Origin: Aplysia californica
Taxonomy: Eukaryota
Direction of reading: 5' to 3'
DNA: 64,000 nt
Assembly (NCBI RefSeq): GCF_000002075.1
Contig: NW_004797425.1
Coordinates: 994,145 to 1,058,144, forward strand
Both the position numbers and the translations under genes were made by a program. Each line of letters starts with the position of its first letter. The first letter of the stretch is position 1. Shown here in pieces: positions 62,169 to 64,000 of this stretch. The notes under the pieces are model-generated. The model searched no databases. It saw only the letters and a list, made by a program, of their open reading frames with translations, and was not told the DNA's origin.

Positions 62169-62712
62169 GTAAGTCTGAACTAGGAGTTCTGGGTTTAAAA
62201 AATGTTTTTCCCTTTTCTTTTCTGAAGTATGTCTATGCACTCAATCAGTTTGTTACCTGGGGTTAAGAAGGGCTTGTATTTACAGATGGTCATTTATCTC
62301 ACAAACATGTGTATACCTCTGGTCCTTGCCAGTCCAGAAGTGGAAAAATGGAAATTAATGGACTGTTCAGCTCTGGAGTTTCAACTGAAAGGCAGTTAGG
62401 TGTTTTTTGTGCTGAACCCATTAGGAGATGGATGCCATTAGGGATGTAGAATCCGAACACATTGTTAGAAGGTATGCCTTATATGACTAATGTCCAGCCT
62501 GTCTTTTCCGATGACATCTTACTTATCACTTGATGTATTTGTATTCACACAAAAATTCACAAGTTTCACATGTGCATGTTATTTGCTTTTACGTATTCAC
62601 GCGAGAATTCTGAAATCGCTTAAGCTGATTTTTTTGTGTTCCTCCCATCCCTGTCGTGCAAAAATCATGAAAACCCTTAAAATTAATGCTCCAACATTTC
62701 TTCACCCCTCAG

Positions 62713-63553
62713 GAAAGTCAAAGAGCCTCGACTGAGCAAAGCTGAACGGCGACAGCGGTTTGAGGCTCAAGTGAAGGCTCAGGATGAGTTGGCTGCCCAG
62801 GCCTATGCGGAGGAGCAGGAGCGTCAGAGGGAGGCCTACATAGTGCACACCACCCGGCTCATGCAGGACCCAGACTACTTCCGCTTCCACCAGCAGCAGC
62901 AGGAGATGGGGTTCGAACCCAGGATGGACCCCGCCACTGGCCAGCCCCTGCCCTTAGGTCATGATGTCTTTATAGATCCCAACACAGGGCAGCCTATGAT
63001 TGACCCGGCTACGGGCCAGCCTCTAGCGGTGGATCCCAGTACAGGCCAGCCCTATGTAGACCCCAGCACGGGACAGCCATACATAGACCCCAACACTGGT
63101 CAACCCTTTTTGGATCCAAACTCTGGACAACATGTGATAGATCCGAACACTGGACAGCCTTTAATTGACCCCAACACTGGTCATCCCTACATAGACCCGA
63201 GTTCAGGTCAGCATTTAGTAGATCCAAACACAGGGCAGCCGTACTTTGACCCAAATACTGGCCAGCCGGTGATAGATCCAAACACGGGTCAACCGCTGAT
63301 AGATCCCAGTACAGGCCAGCCTTTGCTACAGCACCCCTCTCAGATAGACCCAGCCACTGGTCAGCCTGTCTTAAGCCATGCCGTGGACCCCCACAGTGGG
63401 CAGCTGATGCCGCACTATGACCCTCACACAGGCACTCACATAGATCCCCACACTGGACAGCCTGTGCCGGCGGGTGCTCACACTCAAGTGGATCCGCACA
63501 CAGGCCTGCCACTGCCAGGGTTGGGTCTAACTGCCCCGGATTTTCCTGCTCAG
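62713..63553 (+). CDS. SETD2: SETD2 exon (LSKAERRQRFEAQV coiled coil plus DPxTGQP repeat array)
   Basis: cctcag|G AAA GTC...GCT CAG|gtgggt; the start matches vertebrate LSTEERRKLFEQEV (recalled). Confidence 0.9.
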
Positions 63554-64000
63554 GTGGGTAGAGTCATATAGAACTCAGTTTTTGTTGGCTGTGCAAGTAC
63601 TTTTTCTTGAGAAATATAACTCTCTTTAGCGTCTTTCTCTCTCTTTCTCTTCTCCTCTCTCCTCCTTCTCTCTCCTCTCTCTCTCTCTATCCGTCTCTAT
63701 CCCCCTCTATCTCTCTCTCTGGCGTCTCCTTTCTCTGCTATTGTTTCCTTTCCTTTCTACCCTTCTTACACATTCACACATATTGTCTGTATCCCAGTTC
63801 CCTATAAAAATATCTTCAAGAATCACTCTTCCAAACAACTTAAGTTTTGAAAGATATGCACACTGGTGTCATGGTATTATGGACGTCGACTGTTGTCCTT
63901 TTGGTTGTTGCTGCTACCAGCCATCTTAACAGGTGGGTGGTTGGCGGGTGCTCTGGTGTAGTTTGCTTCTTCTTTCCTATGAAACATCTGTCGTCCTTAT

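Larger units (their letters stand above)
5764..63553 (+). other. SETD2: SETD2/Set2 histone H3K36 methyltransferase gene (multi-exon, 3' end beyond window)
   Basis: Spliced exons give AWS (MQCDC...CGSDCLNRMLMIECGSRCPCGDYCTNKRFQK), SET (GWGLRA...MEYVGE...HHYFMAL...[28 protein letters not shown]...ELTFDY), post-SET (QKCYCGSENCRGYIG) and the Set2-specific downstream motifs LCRLMVRAE, FLDYHGLSLFWSWM, LPITNKTILRESKV, LWSTLKEIFKIPKK and LSKAERRQRFE. Splice phases are consistent from 34112 to 63553. Confidence 0.96.

Overview
Eukaryotic (invertebrate, probably lophotrochozoan/mollusc-like) genomic DNA with three assembly gaps. Most of the window (5764 to beyond 64000, + strand) is one intron-rich gene, a SETD2/Set2 histone H3K36 methyltransferase orthologue. 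About 20 coding exons can be rebuilt with canonical GT-AG sites. Phases are consistent from 34112 onward and run through AWS, SET, post-SET and the helical post-catalytic region; the WW and SRI domains must lie beyond the window. The gene is unusually large (about 4,730 codons already in the window). It has a 9,202-nt exon of RS/charged/Pro-rich low complexity and a 19-copy DPxTGQP peptide array in the position where vertebrate SETD2 has its hnRNP-interaction segment. The 5' exons show a phase puzzle involving a 26-nt candidate micro-exon. Introns hold RTE LINE remnants, two tRNA-SINE families, many I/Nimb-tail retroposons that are almost all in sense orientation, and DNA-transposon MITEs, including a three-level nest of 9-bp-TSD (Mutator-like) elements in intron 1. 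Intron 2 also has a CpG-rich patch with a MEF2 site and speculative antisense exons. Comparisons with human SETD2 are from recall, not from a computed alignment.
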